Positions 10,676-20,700 of a stretch of 64,000 bases of DNA are shown here, one piece after another; within the stretch, counting starts at the first letter, position 1; every line of letters begins with the position of its first letter. Position numbers and translations under genes: made by a program. The notes beneath the pieces were generated by a model. The model was not told where the DNA came from, did not search any database, and saw nothing but the letters and a program-made list of their open reading frames with translations. This stretch comes from a virus (lineage: Duplodnaviria > Caudoviricetes): the IMG/VR virus record IMGVR_UViG_3300033120_000865, positions 1 to 64,000 of that record. One strand, given 5' to 3'.

Positions 10676-11079
10676 TTTATCATTTTTAAAATTTTTGCAA
10701 AATCTTCAAAACTCATGTTAACAATATCATCAAATTCAGTTCTTCTCTTTCCTTTAGTAATCTCTTTTCTATGTATAACAATTTTAGGATAATTATGTTC
10801 AGGAGCATTTTTAAGAAATTTCTCAACCACTCTAGTTGATATATCAGATAAAACACCAGAAGGATTCATAGCTTTTTGTTTCCCTGCTTTAATTTGTACA
10901 TTCAAAGGAATATTAATAAGGTCTATAGCAGCATCATCATGTTGTCTGCTTCCATATCTGGAAGTAACACATTTATCAAATCCTAATTCCTTAAAAATAG
11001 TAGCATAATATCTTTCTGCATTATGTCCTTTTGTTCTGTTAGTAGTACCTCTACTAGGAGTTTTTTTAACTTCACTCAT
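10666..11079 (-). CDS. Holliday junction resolvase-like nuclease
   Basis: KGHNAER, D...DL, VQIK motif. Confidence 0.7.
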   Translation of the reverse strand: MSEVKKTPSRGTTNRTKGHNAERYYATIFKELGFDKCVTSRYGSRQHDDAAIDLINIPLNVQIKAGKQKAMNPSGVLSDISTRVVEKFLKNAPEHNYPKIVIHRKEITKGKRRTEFDDIVNMSFEDFAKILKMIKWE

Positions 11080-11349
11080 TTAATTTCTTTTTACCAACCA
11101 AATATCTGAATATCCTTCATCATTCATTAAGTAAAATATAGTATTATGAAGAGAAGAATCAGGTTGACATATATACACATTTTTTTCTATGTGAATCCCC
11201 CAAAAAGAAGGTCTATCTCCTCTAAAAGCACTACATTTAAAACTTTTTCCTGATGCTGTTTTTGATATTACTTTAAGATATTTTAGTTTAGAATTAGAGG
11301 AGATGATTATCTCATCTCCAATCTCTATATCTTTAAAACTAATTAACAT
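11080..11349 (-). CDS. hypothetical protein
   Basis: ORF in operon. Confidence 0.55.
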   Translation of the reverse strand: MLISFKDIEIGDEIIISSNSKLKYLKVISKTASGKSFKCSAFRGDRPSFWGIHIEKNVYICQPDSSLHNTIFYLMNDEGYSDIWLVKRN

Positions 11350-12508
11350 ATTTCTTCATAGATTTAGAAATATCTTGTAATCTAGCTACAATTCTTTTTG
11401 CATTAATTTCAGGAATTTCTGGTATTTCAATAGTATAAGCAGAAAAATCTTCATCATTAACTACTCCACTATAAACAATTTGTTCAATAAAATCATCTTC
11501 AAATCCATCATTAATATCTTCATCTACAATTATACCTTTTTTATCTCTTTTAATTAATTGAACTGGATAGTAAGCACAACACCTCATTTTTCCATAATCA
11601 TCTTCTGGTGGTACAGCAACTACATCAGCAGGATTTACTAAAACCATTAAAGAGATTTGTCCAAAACCTTGCCCATATTTATTTAACCACTGCTTTCCAG
11701 CAACATGTAATCCTCTTGAACAAGTATTTTCTTGTATAGCATCACAATCTTCTCTTGGCATAGATACTACTTCACCAATTTTAATAGTAAATTTACCACT
11801 ATGAGCATCAGTATATATTGGAGCTTCTTCTTCATCAGATAATTTAGTATATAACTCATCTAATTTACCAGTAACTGTATCAAGTTTAGTATAATCTACA
11901 TTAATAGATAATTCACTATCTTTTAATCCAAGATAATAATTCTTGGGAGATTTTTTAAGTTTAGTTTTAACTCTTATATATTGACTACTAATAAAGTCAG
12001 CTAAATCAGATTTAATATTTTTACCTTCTGCTTTTAATTTTACATTTCTATAAGCAACAAATAATCCTGATTTAGATATAGACATACCATATCTATTCAA
12101 GAACCAAAATAGATTTGTTCTTGCTCTACTATCTGGATTTAAAGAAGCTAATGTCCAAAAATTCAAATAACTTTGAATTAATTCATCATTTTTTTCTTGT
12201 TCTGCTTTAAATAATGCAACTGCTAAATCTTCTGGAACTGTTAGTTCTGAGATAGACTTAATATAAACACTATTTCCAAATGTGGTAATATATTTTGAAG
12301 TATTAAAATTTTCTAAAAGTTTAGTTTTAATTTCAATAACTTCTTCTTTTTTAACAAATTCAGGGATTAATAGAGATTTAACTACAGATTCATCTTCCTG
12401 GTTATTAACAATTTTATTGTACATTTCATCTGTACAATTATCATCAGTTAAAACCACACCATCATTTAAAACAACTGTGATATGATTTTTTATTCTAATT
12501 ATTTTCAT
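11339..12508 (-). CDS. rIIB: RIIB-like protein
   Basis: GLFVAYRNV, TDAHSG, VSMPREDCD, CSRGLHV, VNPADVVAVP, KMRCCAY; directly downstream of rIIA. Confidence 0.85.
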   Translation of the reverse strand: MKIIRIKNHITVVLNDGVVLTDDNCTDEMYNKIVNNQEDESVVKSLLIPEFVKKEEVIEIKTKLLENFNTSKYITTFGNSVYIKSISELTVPEDLAVALFKAEQEKNDELIQSYLNFWTLASLNPDSRARTNLFWFLNRYGMSISKSGLFVAYRNVKLKAEGKNIKSDLADFISSQYIRVKTKLKKSPKNYYLGLKDSELSINVDYTKLDTVTGKLDELYTKLSDEEEAPIYTDAHSGKFTIKIGEVVSMPREDCDAIQENTCSRGLHVAGKQWLNKYGQGFGQISLMVLVNPADVVAVPPEDDYGKMRCCAYYPVQLIKRDKKGIIVDEDINDGFEDDFIEQIVYSGVVNDEDFSAYTIEIPEIPEINAKRIVARLQDISKSMKKYVN

Positions 12509-14792
12509 CTTGTTTAATATTTAAAATTGTTTCATTTTTCATTTTAATAACTGCTGAGACATCAGGTCTAAATAATTTTCTTGCTAATATATAATCTACT
12601 GTAAGATTAATTCTATTATCAGGTATTTGATGACCATATCCATTACTATCTACAAATAATAATAATGATTCTGCATTTTTCAGCATATCTAAATGTGCAT
12701 TTAAAACTCCTTTCATACTTTCATCAAAGTAATTCTTTTCTTGACAAAGTTCATATATCTCATTAATAACTGCCATTCCTTGAGTGGTAGTTTTATTAGT
12801 AAGATATGTATTTGTATAATCAGACAATTCTATCACAACATCTTGAAGTCTTTTAGATATTTTACCTAATGATAAATTCATTCTTTTCAATTTATCTAGG
12901 TAAGGTATAGTTTCTTCAATAAGTTTTGCAGTACCTATTTGTCTAATTAATTTGTATTTAACATCCATAAAATCCTCTAATTTAACAAAGTTTTCAAAAT
13001 TATTTAATAATTTTTGTCTTGTTGGTGCTACTTCTATAAAATTTACTTTTTTACTATTAAGAGTTATATTAAATAATGCTCTTAATTTACTATCATCTTT
13101 ATCTGAATATACAGTAAGTTTTTGATATTTCTTTTTAATATCAGCTAGACTATGAGTTGTACTAGAAGTAGTAACACTATTAATGCCTCTAGCAGATACT
13201 ATAACATCAAAAATATTTACATTCTCAGACCAATCAATACCAAAATTCTTTCTTAAAGCTCTTTTAGCTTTATTATCTGCCTTTTTTTGGTCTATAAAAG
13301 ATTGAGGAACAGAACTATCATTAAATCTTTGCATATTAAAAATATTCTCAATAAGAAATCCAAAAATAGTTTTTACAATTCTATAATCATAAGTTACACT
13401 ATTATAGCTTTTTGAACAGTAAGATTTTATTGATTCAAAATACTTTTTATAGAAATATTTTATTCCTTTATTACTATAAACAAATTTTGTTCTATAATCA
13501 AAAGTTTCTCTAATATAAGTTTTACTCATATTATTAAGGGAGGATATATCACAAAAATAAGTATCTTTATAAAAATCTTTTAGAGTATTAATACTCATAT
13601 TTGCACTATTATAAATTAACTTACCACTAGATAATTGATAAGAAACTGGAATAAGACCTAATGTAAGAATATAATCATGAATTTTTAAAAAATTATCTTT
13701 ATGATATTTTTGCTTTTTAAGAGTAATTTTTAATTGATTAGAATTAATATTAATATAAACTTTATCTACACCATCTATTGTTAATAAAGGAGCTTGATGA
13801 GAATGTTTTAGTGCATTGACATAATCTCCTAACCTGTCAAAATCTTTATTACTATATTCTTCAAAAATACCATCTAATTCTTCAATAGCTAAATCTAAAA
13901 CATTTTCTATTTTATCAATATTTTTTTGACTATATAGAATTTCTTCCCTATTAGGAGTTACTTCTAACTGACCAATCTCAAATTGCAGTGAAATAGGATA
14001 TTGTCTAAGATATTGAGGATATTTATTAGAAAGTGAATCAATTCTTAATGGGTATCTTACTTTACCTAGAACTAAATCAATTTGTCTTCCATTATTATCT
14101 AAATCATTTACTAAAAAATCTCTATACTTTTTTATATGAAATTCATTAAATTCATTAGTTGGAATAATAGAAGTTTTTGTATTATCTACAAAATATAGAT
14201 TTTCAAAATAAACTAATTGTTCCTTAATTGCACTATAAAATTTTGCTATTTCACTAGAATTTTTTAATTGTAATTGTACTTCTAAACCATTTCTATCATC
14301 AGTTTCTTGTTCAAATAATAAATCAATTGAAATACTATTACCATCTTTATACATCATGTATTTATACTTCACTCCTTCATAATTTGAAGTAATATGAACT
14401 ACATCACTATAAGCTAAAGCAGAGAATCTTCCAATTCCAAATCCTCCTATTTGTTCATTATTTCCTCTTTTGGTTGAACTTCCAATATTTTTATAGACAC
14501 TATTAAATCTTTCAGGAGATAATCCTACTCCAAAATCCTGTACTCTACAAAAGTAATTTCCTTCTGTATCTTCTCCTAATTCAAGAACTACTGGTTCTAT
14601 AATACCTGCTTCTACATGAGAATCCCAAGCATTACTTACAGTTTCTCTAATAAAAGATTGTATTGGTTTTGAATATAAATTAGTTGAAAGTATAGTGACT
14701 ATAAAATTTATGTTTGAATTATCAATTGAGACATTGTTTGATTTAATATCACCAATAACTATTGCATCTTTTTCTAAGTTATCAAATTTCAT
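12495..14792 (-). CDS. rIIA: RIIA-like protein (N-terminal GHKL/Hsp90-like ATPase)
   Basis: LYSKPIQSFIRETVSNAWDS, DFGVGLS, SSTKR, GGFGIG, VTPNREEI. Confidence 0.88.
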   Translation of the reverse strand: MKFDNLEKDAIVIGDIKSNNVSIDNSNINFIVTILSTNLYSKPIQSFIRETVSNAWDSHVEAGIIEPVVLELGEDTEGNYFCRVQDFGVGLSPERFNSVYKNIGSSTKRGNNEQIGGFGIGRFSALAYSDVVHITSNYEGVKYKYMMYKDGNSISIDLLFEQETDDRNGLEVQLQLKNSSEIAKFYSAIKEQLVYFENLYFVDNTKTSIIPTNEFNEFHIKKYRDFLVNDLDNNGRQIDLVLGKVRYPLRIDSLSNKYPQYLRQYPISLQFEIGQLEVTPNREEILYSQKNIDKIENVLDLAIEELDGIFEEYSNKDFDRLGDYVNALKHSHQAPLLTIDGVDKVYININSNQLKITLKKQKYHKDNFLKIHDYILTLGLIPVSYQLSSGKLIYNSANMSINTLKDFYKDTYFCDISSLNNMSKTYIRETFDYRTKFVYSNKGIKYFYKKYFESIKSYCSKSYNSVTYDYRIVKTIFGFLIENIFNMQRFNDSSVPQSFIDQKKADNKAKRALRKNFGIDWSENVNIFDVIVSARGINSVTTSSTTHSLADIKKKYQKLTVYSDKDDSKLRALFNITLNSKKVNFIEVAPTRQKLLNNFENFVKLEDFMDVKYKLIRQIGTAKLIEETIPYLDKLKRMNLSLGKISKRLQDVVIELSDYTNTYLTNKTTTQGMAVINEIYELCQEKNYFDESMKGVLNAHLDMLKNAESLLLFVDSNGYGHQIPDNRINLTVDYILARKLFRPDVSAVIKMKNETILNIKQDENN

Positions 14793-14795
14793 TTT

Positions 14796-15503
14796 TTACC
14801 ATTTTATTTCTTTTAAACTTTTATTTTTTAATATACTATTAATATAGTAGAAATGATTACATCCAAAAAATCCAGCATTACCTCCAGCATAAGCTTCAGC
14901 AGCAGGATGAGGGGCAGTAAGAACATAATTCCAATCAGGATTAATAGGAATATTTTCTATTGTATTTTTATCATAACCTTTTACCATATATTTTTTATCA
15001 ATATTAAGAGAAAATGCCTCAGCTTTTCTTCCCCATAATACCCATAAACAAGGTTGATTTATTGAAATATGTGTTATCACTCTTTTAGTGAAGTTCTCCC
15101 AATATTTTAAATGACTACCTGCTTTACCTGTTTCTACAGTCAATGCAGTATTAAGTAAAAATACACCTTGTTCTTGCCATTGTTTAGGATGAACTTCTTC
15201 AATTCCAGTACTATCTAAAATTTCTTTATAAATATTTCTCAATGAAACAGGAATCTTATCAGTACCATTAATAAAACTTAATCCTACAGCATCTCCTGGT
15301 GTTGGATATGGGTCTTGACCTAATATTACCACTTTTATACTATTTATAGGAACTGAAAATACATTAAATATATCTGGAGCTTTTGGCTGATAAGATATAT
15401 TTGGTAATATTTGTTCATTTAAAGTAGATAATGGTTCTTGATACAGTATATTCATTACTGAATTCCAATCTTTATGTATCTTTTCTCTTGGATTTATTAT
15501 CAT
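14796..15503 (-). CDS. ung: uracil-DNA glycosylase (family 1)
   Basis: VVILGQDPY, SLRNI, GVFLLNTALTV, LWG, HP motif. Confidence 0.95.
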   Translation of the reverse strand: MIINPREKIHKDWNSVMNILYQEPLSTLNEQILPNISYQPKAPDIFNVFSVPINSIKVVILGQDPYPTPGDAVGLSFINGTDKIPVSLRNIYKEILDSTGIEEVHPKQWQEQGVFLLNTALTVETGKAGSHLKYWENFTKRVITHISINQPCLWVLWGRKAEAFSLNIDKKYMVKGYDKNTIENIPINPDWNYVLTAPHPAAEAYAGGNAGFFGCNHFYYINSILKNKSLKEIKW

Positions 15504-16543
15504 AATATTTTATTTTGTTTTAAAAATTCAATTAATGTGTTTCTTCCTTTCTTATAAATAAGGTCTGATGGGTCTGTAATTTCATATTTTAACAATTCTA
15601 TATCAAGACAGATACTTTTAGATTTACCAGGATAATAAGAATTAATATGATTTGATACTTTTTCTCCTGCTTCAATTCCAGCAGAATCATTATCAAAAAA
15701 TACAATAACATATTTAAACCTTTTTAAGATTGGTAAAAGAATATCATCAGTAGGAATCATTCCTTCATTTTGAAATCCTATTACAGTAACTCCTTGATTT
15801 TTAAGCACTCTCCAATCTTTATAAGACTTACTAATTATTAATAAATTACCAAAAGCAGGTAAACTATTGATTCCATAAATATCATTTTGAGTACAAGTAG
15901 TTAGAAATCTATTTTTACCTTTTTGATAAGGTCTATGTAATTTCATTCTACCATTTTCAAAATCTGTATGTGCATAACATATATCATAAGTTCTGGAAGA
16001 ATAATCTCCATATTTAGAATTAAGTATTTTAAATCTTTTAACTGCAAACACTTTATCTTCAAGTAAATTTTGTCTTGAAATCTCATATCTTTTATAGTAT
16101 TGAGCATCTCTATTATCAAATTCTCTTACATCAAATAATATTCTTACTTCTTTTTTTATTCTTTGAGTAAACTCAACATCATCTCTTTCAGGTAATTTTT
16201 TACCTTCAATAAGATGCTTCTTTATAAACTTTAAAGTATTATAAAGATTAGTAAGACTAAAAAATATTTGAACTGCATCAAAACAATCAATATTAATCAT
16301 TTTTTTACCTCTTATATAGATTTGACTTCCAAAATCAGTAAATTTTAATTTACCAGATGGATAATATTGAAACCAACATCCAGCATCATCATCTTTTCTA
16401 AAAGGAGAAGTGACATAATCAAATTCTTTTGGTTTAAAACCAAAAACTAATTCAAAAACATCTTCTTCAGAAACATATTTCAAAATATCATTTTTATCAA
16501 TAAACCCTTTTTTTTCTATATTATCATCACTTTTATTAAACAT
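15500..16543 (-). CDS. DNA primase (TOPRIM)
   Basis: SPFRKD, FTDFG, IISKSYKD, FFDNDSAG, DPSD. Confidence 0.85.
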   Translation of the reverse strand: MFNKSDDNIEKKGFIDKNDILKYVSEEDVFELVFGFKPKEFDYVTSPFRKDDDAGCWFQYYPSGKLKFTDFGSQIYIRGKKMINIDCFDAVQIFFSLTNLYNTLKFIKKHLIEGKKLPERDDVEFTQRIKKEVRILFDVREFDNRDAQYYKRYEISRQNLLEDKVFAVKRFKILNSKYGDYSSRTYDICYAHTDFENGRMKLHRPYQKGKNRFLTTCTQNDIYGINSLPAFGNLLIISKSYKDWRVLKNQGVTVIGFQNEGMIPTDDILLPILKRFKYVIVFFDNDSAGIEAGEKVSNHINSYYPGKSKSICLDIELLKYEITDPSDLIYKKGRNTLIEFLKQNKIL

Positions 16544-16556
16544 ACATATAAATTAT

Positions 16557-16583
16557 AAAAAAGAGGGCTGTTATACCCTCTTT
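16557..16583 (-). terminator. intrinsic terminator
   Basis: AAAGAGGG/CCCTCTTT stem followed by U tract on minus strand. Confidence 0.65.
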
Positions 16584-16594
16584 CTAATTAACTA

Positions 16595-17347
16595 TTACCA
16601 AGTTGATTTATCAGCAGTACTTGCTGGACTATTAAAAGCTGCTGTTCCTGTTGAAGGAGCACCTACACTTTGTGGTGTACCTTTATTTCCTTCCATAAAA
16701 GATACATCTCTATCAAATGGATGTCTGTTTCCAGCATCATCTACATAATGAAGACCTTTATCATCTCTCACTTCAACCCATTTACCAACTGGAGCTACAT
16801 GTGGTTTTAAGAATGCCCCACCTTTCATGTTTTTAGGCAATTCAGGATAAGTTCTATCTTGGTCCTCTCCAATTTCCCATTGATATTCTAAGAAAGCATC
16901 AACTGATTTCTTTTGAAATTCTGCTGGAACTAAAGATAATATTTTAGTACACCAATCAGAAAAATCTGTTGCAGGAACACTTAATACTTTAGCAATTTGC
17001 TCATTGGTTACACCAACTGCTTTTAAGGCATGATTTATAACAGCCATCTTTTGAGTCATATCCTCTTTATACAAAGCATCATAACCTTCTTCTCCAGGAG
17101 CTACTTTTACATTTTTCTTACCAAACAAGTCACCAGTAGTTTCATAGATTCTTCTTCTATATTCTCTATCTCCTAGTTGAAACCAAATATCTACTGCATT
17201 TCCAGGTCCATTATCTTTTCCTGCTTTATCAGTAAACTCTAGTTTGGTAATATTACCTGTATTTAAACCAAATTTACCTCCACCTGATTTACCTTTTAAT
17301 GAATCATCTTCATCATTAACTACTCCAAATACAAATTCTGTACTCAT
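16595..17347 (-). CDS. replication-module protein (possible ssDNA-binding protein)
   Basis: Lies between AAA ATPase and primase; flexible tail ending in W; function inferred from position only. Confidence 0.55.
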   Translation of the reverse strand: MSTEFVFGVVNDEDDSLKGKSGGGKFGLNTGNITKLEFTDKAGKDNGPGNAVDIWFQLGDREYRRRIYETTGDLFGKKNVKVAPGEEGYDALYKEDMTQKMAVINHALKAVGVTNEQIAKVLSVPATDFSDWCTKILSLVPAEFQKKSVDAFLEYQWEIGEDQDRTYPELPKNMKGGAFLKPHVAPVGKWVEVRDDKGLHYVDDAGNRHPFDRDVSFMEGNKGTPQSVGAPSTGTAAFNSPASTADKSTW

Positions 17348-17417
17348 ATTATATAATTTTTAAATTTATTTTTTTAGAAAACTCTTTTAATTATATAAAA
17401 CTCTTTGTATTATGTTA

Positions 17418-17768
17418 TTAGTCTTTCCAAGTAACTTGTGGAGCTACATCTTCACTAACTTCTGAGGTCTCAGGAATCTCACTATCTCTAGTTTCTTCAG
17501 AAGTATCAGTGTCTGCATCAATCTTTTTATTATCTTCAGTAGAAGAAATATCTTCTACTTTAACTACTTTAGGTATGTCAGTATTTGATTCACCAGTAAT
17601 TATTTCATAAGCTGGAGTATGAAATTTTCTTATTTTTAAACCTGCACCTTTTAGTGCATTAGCCATTTGTGAAGCATTAAGACCATAAAAAGCCATTAAA
17701 GCATCTTTCTTCATTCCTTCATTAACTTGTTTAGTTAATGTTTCAAGATTAATTTTAACTGTTGTCAT
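17418..17768 (-). CDS. hypothetical protein with acidic C-terminal tail
   Basis: ORF in operon. Confidence 0.6.
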   Translation of the reverse strand: MTTVKINLETLTKQVNEGMKKDALMAFYGLNASQMANALKGAGLKIRKFHTPAYEIITGESNTDIPKVVKVEDISSTEDNKKIDADTDTSEETRDSEIPETSEVSEDVAPQVTWKD

Positions 17769-17807
17769 TTTTTTGTATAAAATTTAATTAATTTTTAAAT
17801 AAAACTC

Positions 17808-18482
17808 TTAATAAGATAATAATTTTTCAATAATGAAATTATAATCATTATCAATTACTGGTTCAAATAATCCCATAGGACTTCTTGCTGTATTAATACC
17901 ATCATTCTCAGTAGTTAATAAATAATGAGTTTTACTTCCTTCTTTTTTAACTTCAGAATAAAAGACTGATTCCAATCTTCCTTCTAACTGCATTTTAGTA
18001 CCAATTTTACCAAGAATTTTTAATCTTTTCTTATTATCAATACCTGATTTATAATCTTCAGTATGTCCTGTAAGAATAGCATATTTTTGTTTTTCAAACA
18101 TACCTCTTTTCTCAATTTCATCAATATGAGAAATTACATCTCCATAAGATTTTGGTACTAAGTGATAAGGAAGTCTTGGTTCAAATTTAGTACCATACTC
18201 TGTTTTACCACCTTCCCATACTGGATTTTTATTATCAGCATTAAGCCATACATTTGTATTGTGTGGCAGTGTTCTCATACCTGTTGATTTACCAGTTCCT
18301 GGTTCTCCAAGTATCAATATAATCTCAAATCCTCTATCTTGAAGGTCTGAAATTAATTGCCAAATATCCTTACCCATATCCATCCAAGCATCATGTCCTG
18401 GTTTCTTGATTGCTGTCATCCACATTTCATTTTGGATTCCAGTTAAGGTATCTATACAAACAGTTCTAATTTTCTCTGACAT
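17808..18482 (-). CDS. AAA_24/Sak4-like P-loop ATPase with rearranged motif order
   Basis: VCIDT (Walker B-like) precedes GEPGTGKS (Walker A); ILTGH, ARSPMGLF, IDND. Confidence 0.8.
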   Translation of the reverse strand: MSEKIRTVCIDTLTGIQNEMWMTAIKKPGHDAWMDMGKDIWQLISDLQDRGFEIILILGEPGTGKSTGMRTLPHNTNVWLNADNKNPVWEGGKTEYGTKFEPRLPYHLVPKSYGDVISHIDEIEKRGMFEKQKYAILTGHTEDYKSGIDNKKRLKILGKIGTKMQLEGRLESVFYSEVKKEGSKTHYLLTTENDGINTARSPMGLFEPVIDNDYNFIIEKLLSY

Positions 18483-18483
18483 A

Positions 18484-18732
18484 TTAATCTTGTCTATAAG
18501 TTAAATATTTCACAACAGCCATTTGAGATGCTATTAAAGCATTAAAAGCTGTTGTTCTAAAAACATTCATAATCCAAGAAGACATTGCTCTCCCATCATC
18601 AGTAGTTTCTTTATGATGATTTTCAACCAAATCAATTAAATCTGCACTTAATTGTTTAGCTTTATTCACTTTATCATCTCCAGAAGGATTAAATGATAAT
18701 CCAACTGCTTTTTGTCCAAAAGTCAGTTCCAT
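18484..18732 (-). CDS. Acb2/Tad1-like nucleotide-signal sponge candidate
   Basis: Small helical protein: FNPSGDDKVNKAKQLSADLID...AFNALIASQMAVVK. Confidence 0.55.
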   Translation of the reverse strand: MELTFGQKAVGLSFNPSGDDKVNKAKQLSADLIDLVENHHKETTDDGRAMSSWIMNVFRTTAFNALIASQMAVVKYLTYRQD

Positions 18733-18733
18733 A

Positions 18734-19306
18734 TTACTTTAATGAAAATTTAGTTCCAGCTACAATAATATATTGAACAGTTCTAGGGTCAATTTGTCTC
18801 ATTCTAGCATCAGAATCAGCTTTTGTACCTTTATCTTGTTCCATATCTACAAAATGAACTCTTCCTAAATCATCTACTTGTCCATAGTGTCTTCCTTTCA
18901 TGACTCTTAATTCACCAGGAATTACTTTAGAAATAGGATTATCAATCAAGTCTTCTAACAATTTAGCAGCATTAGCTAAAGAAGCTTCTTGAACTTTTTT
19001 AATAGCTTCTTCTTTTTCCGCTTTGTAAGCTTTTTGAGTTTTAGCTACATCTTTTTTAAAGAAAGCTACTGTCATAGCAATTCTTGGACTATTGATAAGA
19101 ATATCAGCTAGTTCAGTCATTGTTTTCTTTTCTTCTTTCTCATACAAATCTGCTGAGTTCACTACTTTTTCAACATAAGGATTACTAATATTTACCTCAT
19201 TACCAAAATCATCAGTAACAGTAATATCATTTTTATTTACTTCTTTAACAACAAAGAAAGAAGTTTCTGAAAGGATTGAACCTTTTTTTAATTGACTTGT
19301 TTTCAT
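18734..19306 (-). CDS. hypothetical protein
   Basis: ORF in operon. Confidence 0.7.
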   Translation of the reverse strand: MKTSQLKKGSILSETSFFVVKEVNKNDITVTDDFGNEVNISNPYVEKVVNSADLYEKEEKKTMTELADILINSPRIAMTVAFFKKDVAKTQKAYKAEKEEAIKKVQEASLANAAKLLEDLIDNPISKVIPGELRVMKGRHYGQVDDLGRVHFVDMEQDKGTKADSDARMRQIDPRTVQYIIVAGTKFSLK

Positions 19307-19311
19307 ATTTT

Positions 19312-20217
19312 TTATTTTTTTACTACAGTTTTATACATTGCATACACACTATCCATTGTTGCATCTTCTTTTACTTCAGCAGAAACTGATTTAGACATAA
19401 AAGCACTTCTAGTTGCCTCTCCACCTCTAGCAAGAGATGTAGCTTCCATTAAATTAGCTGTTTTAGCTGAATCTTTAAATGGTAAGCAAACTCCATTAGT
19501 GATTTGTGATAATTCTTTATACCATCTACCAGGATTAATCTCAAGAGTGTCAAAAATAATTCCTTTATTAGAAGCTATTTGAGCTTCTTCTCTCCAATCT
19601 GGAGATGAAGGATAACCTGGTCTAAATACATATCCATTTTTATGTGGGTCAGCATCAGCAATTAATAATACTGATTTACCAGCACCATCTCTCCATTCTG
19701 TTTCATTAGTAATTTTTTGGATAATTAATTCATAAAATTCATCACTATCTTCACCTGAAGTGGATTGAGCAGTATTTACAAAATTAATTAAATCATTTTC
19801 ATTATTAGTAAGACCAATAACTTGATATGCTTTACCAAATTTACTTCCAGATTCCATATCACAATAATCTCCAAATGCTACAATAGAAATTTTAAGACCA
19901 GGATTTTGACTAAATAATTTAGGAATTAATTCCTTAACATGATTCTTAACTGATATAATATATTTACTCATACTACCTGTAGTATCAAAAGCAATTACCA
20001 TATCAGTTAAATTTTCTACTATTACTACATCTTCTTTAGCAATACTTTTTTTAGTAACTTTTTTAGTTGATTTTTCAACTCCAGAAATTTGACCTTCAAG
20101 ATATTTTTTGTAATCTTCTACTGTTTTGTACCCAGCTCTTTTAGCTAGTACTAATTTTCTTTCTTTATTGCTTCTCTTTAAATTAGACAATAAATCTTGG
20201 AATAATGTTCTACTCAT
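19312..20217 (-). CDS. von Willebrand factor A domain protein
   Basis: MIDAS motif FDTTGSM, FGDYCD, LLIADADPH. Confidence 0.88.
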   Translation of the reverse strand: MSRTLFQDLLSNLKRSNKERKLVLAKRAGYKTVEDYKKYLEGQISGVEKSTKKVTKKSIAKEDVVIVENLTDMVIAFDTTGSMSKYIISVKNHVKELIPKLFSQNPGLKISIVAFGDYCDMESGSKFGKAYQVIGLTNNENDLINFVNTAQSTSGEDSDEFYELIIQKITNETEWRDGAGKSVLLIADADPHKNGYVFRPGYPSSPDWREEAQIASNKGIIFDTLEINPGRWYKELSQITNGVCLPFKDSAKTANLMEATSLARGGEATRSAFMSKSVSAEVKEDATMDSVYAMYKTVVKK

Positions 20218-20228
20218 TTTTTTAATTT

Positions 20229-20696
20229 TTAATCATTAATTAATAACCAATCTTCAGCAGTTAAATCATCATGTTGAAATGTGTATGTATAAGCTTTACC
20301 TTCAGTATCTTGAATAAAGAAAGAAGGGTAAAAAGCAATATTATCTTTAGTTAAATATAAATAATCTACATCAAGACCTAACCATGCTCTTCTTGTAACT
20401 TTTGCTCCTTCTTTCATTTTAGTAAGAGCTTCACTAAAATTACTTAAAAATGGATTTTCAACATCTGCAACATCAGGATTACAAACAGGACAATTCTCTG
20501 GATTTCCTGAACAAGAGATTACTTCTTCTTGCACTTCTTGTTTTAATTCACTTTCATCTTTTAGTCCTTCAATTGCTATTTTTAATGTAGCCATTACTAA
20601 CTTACCAAAAATATTTTCTTTAAGGAAATTTGTTGCAAAATCCTTATTTAATTGGGTGATGTCAATTTCTTTTCCATCTTGATAAATTCTTATCAT
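20229..20696 (-). CDS. DUF2829 / Tad2-like domain protein
   Basis: C-terminal NFSEALTKMKEGAKVTRRAW...DLTAEDW. Confidence 0.7.
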   Translation of the reverse strand: MIRIYQDGKEIDITQLNKDFATNFLKENIFGKLVMATLKIAIEGLKDESELKQEVQEEVISCSGNPENCPVCNPDVADVENPFLSNFSEALTKMKEGAKVTRRAWLGLDVDYLYLTKDNIAFYPSFFIQDTEGKAYTYTFQHDDLTAEDWLLIND

Positions 20697-20700
20697 AAAT

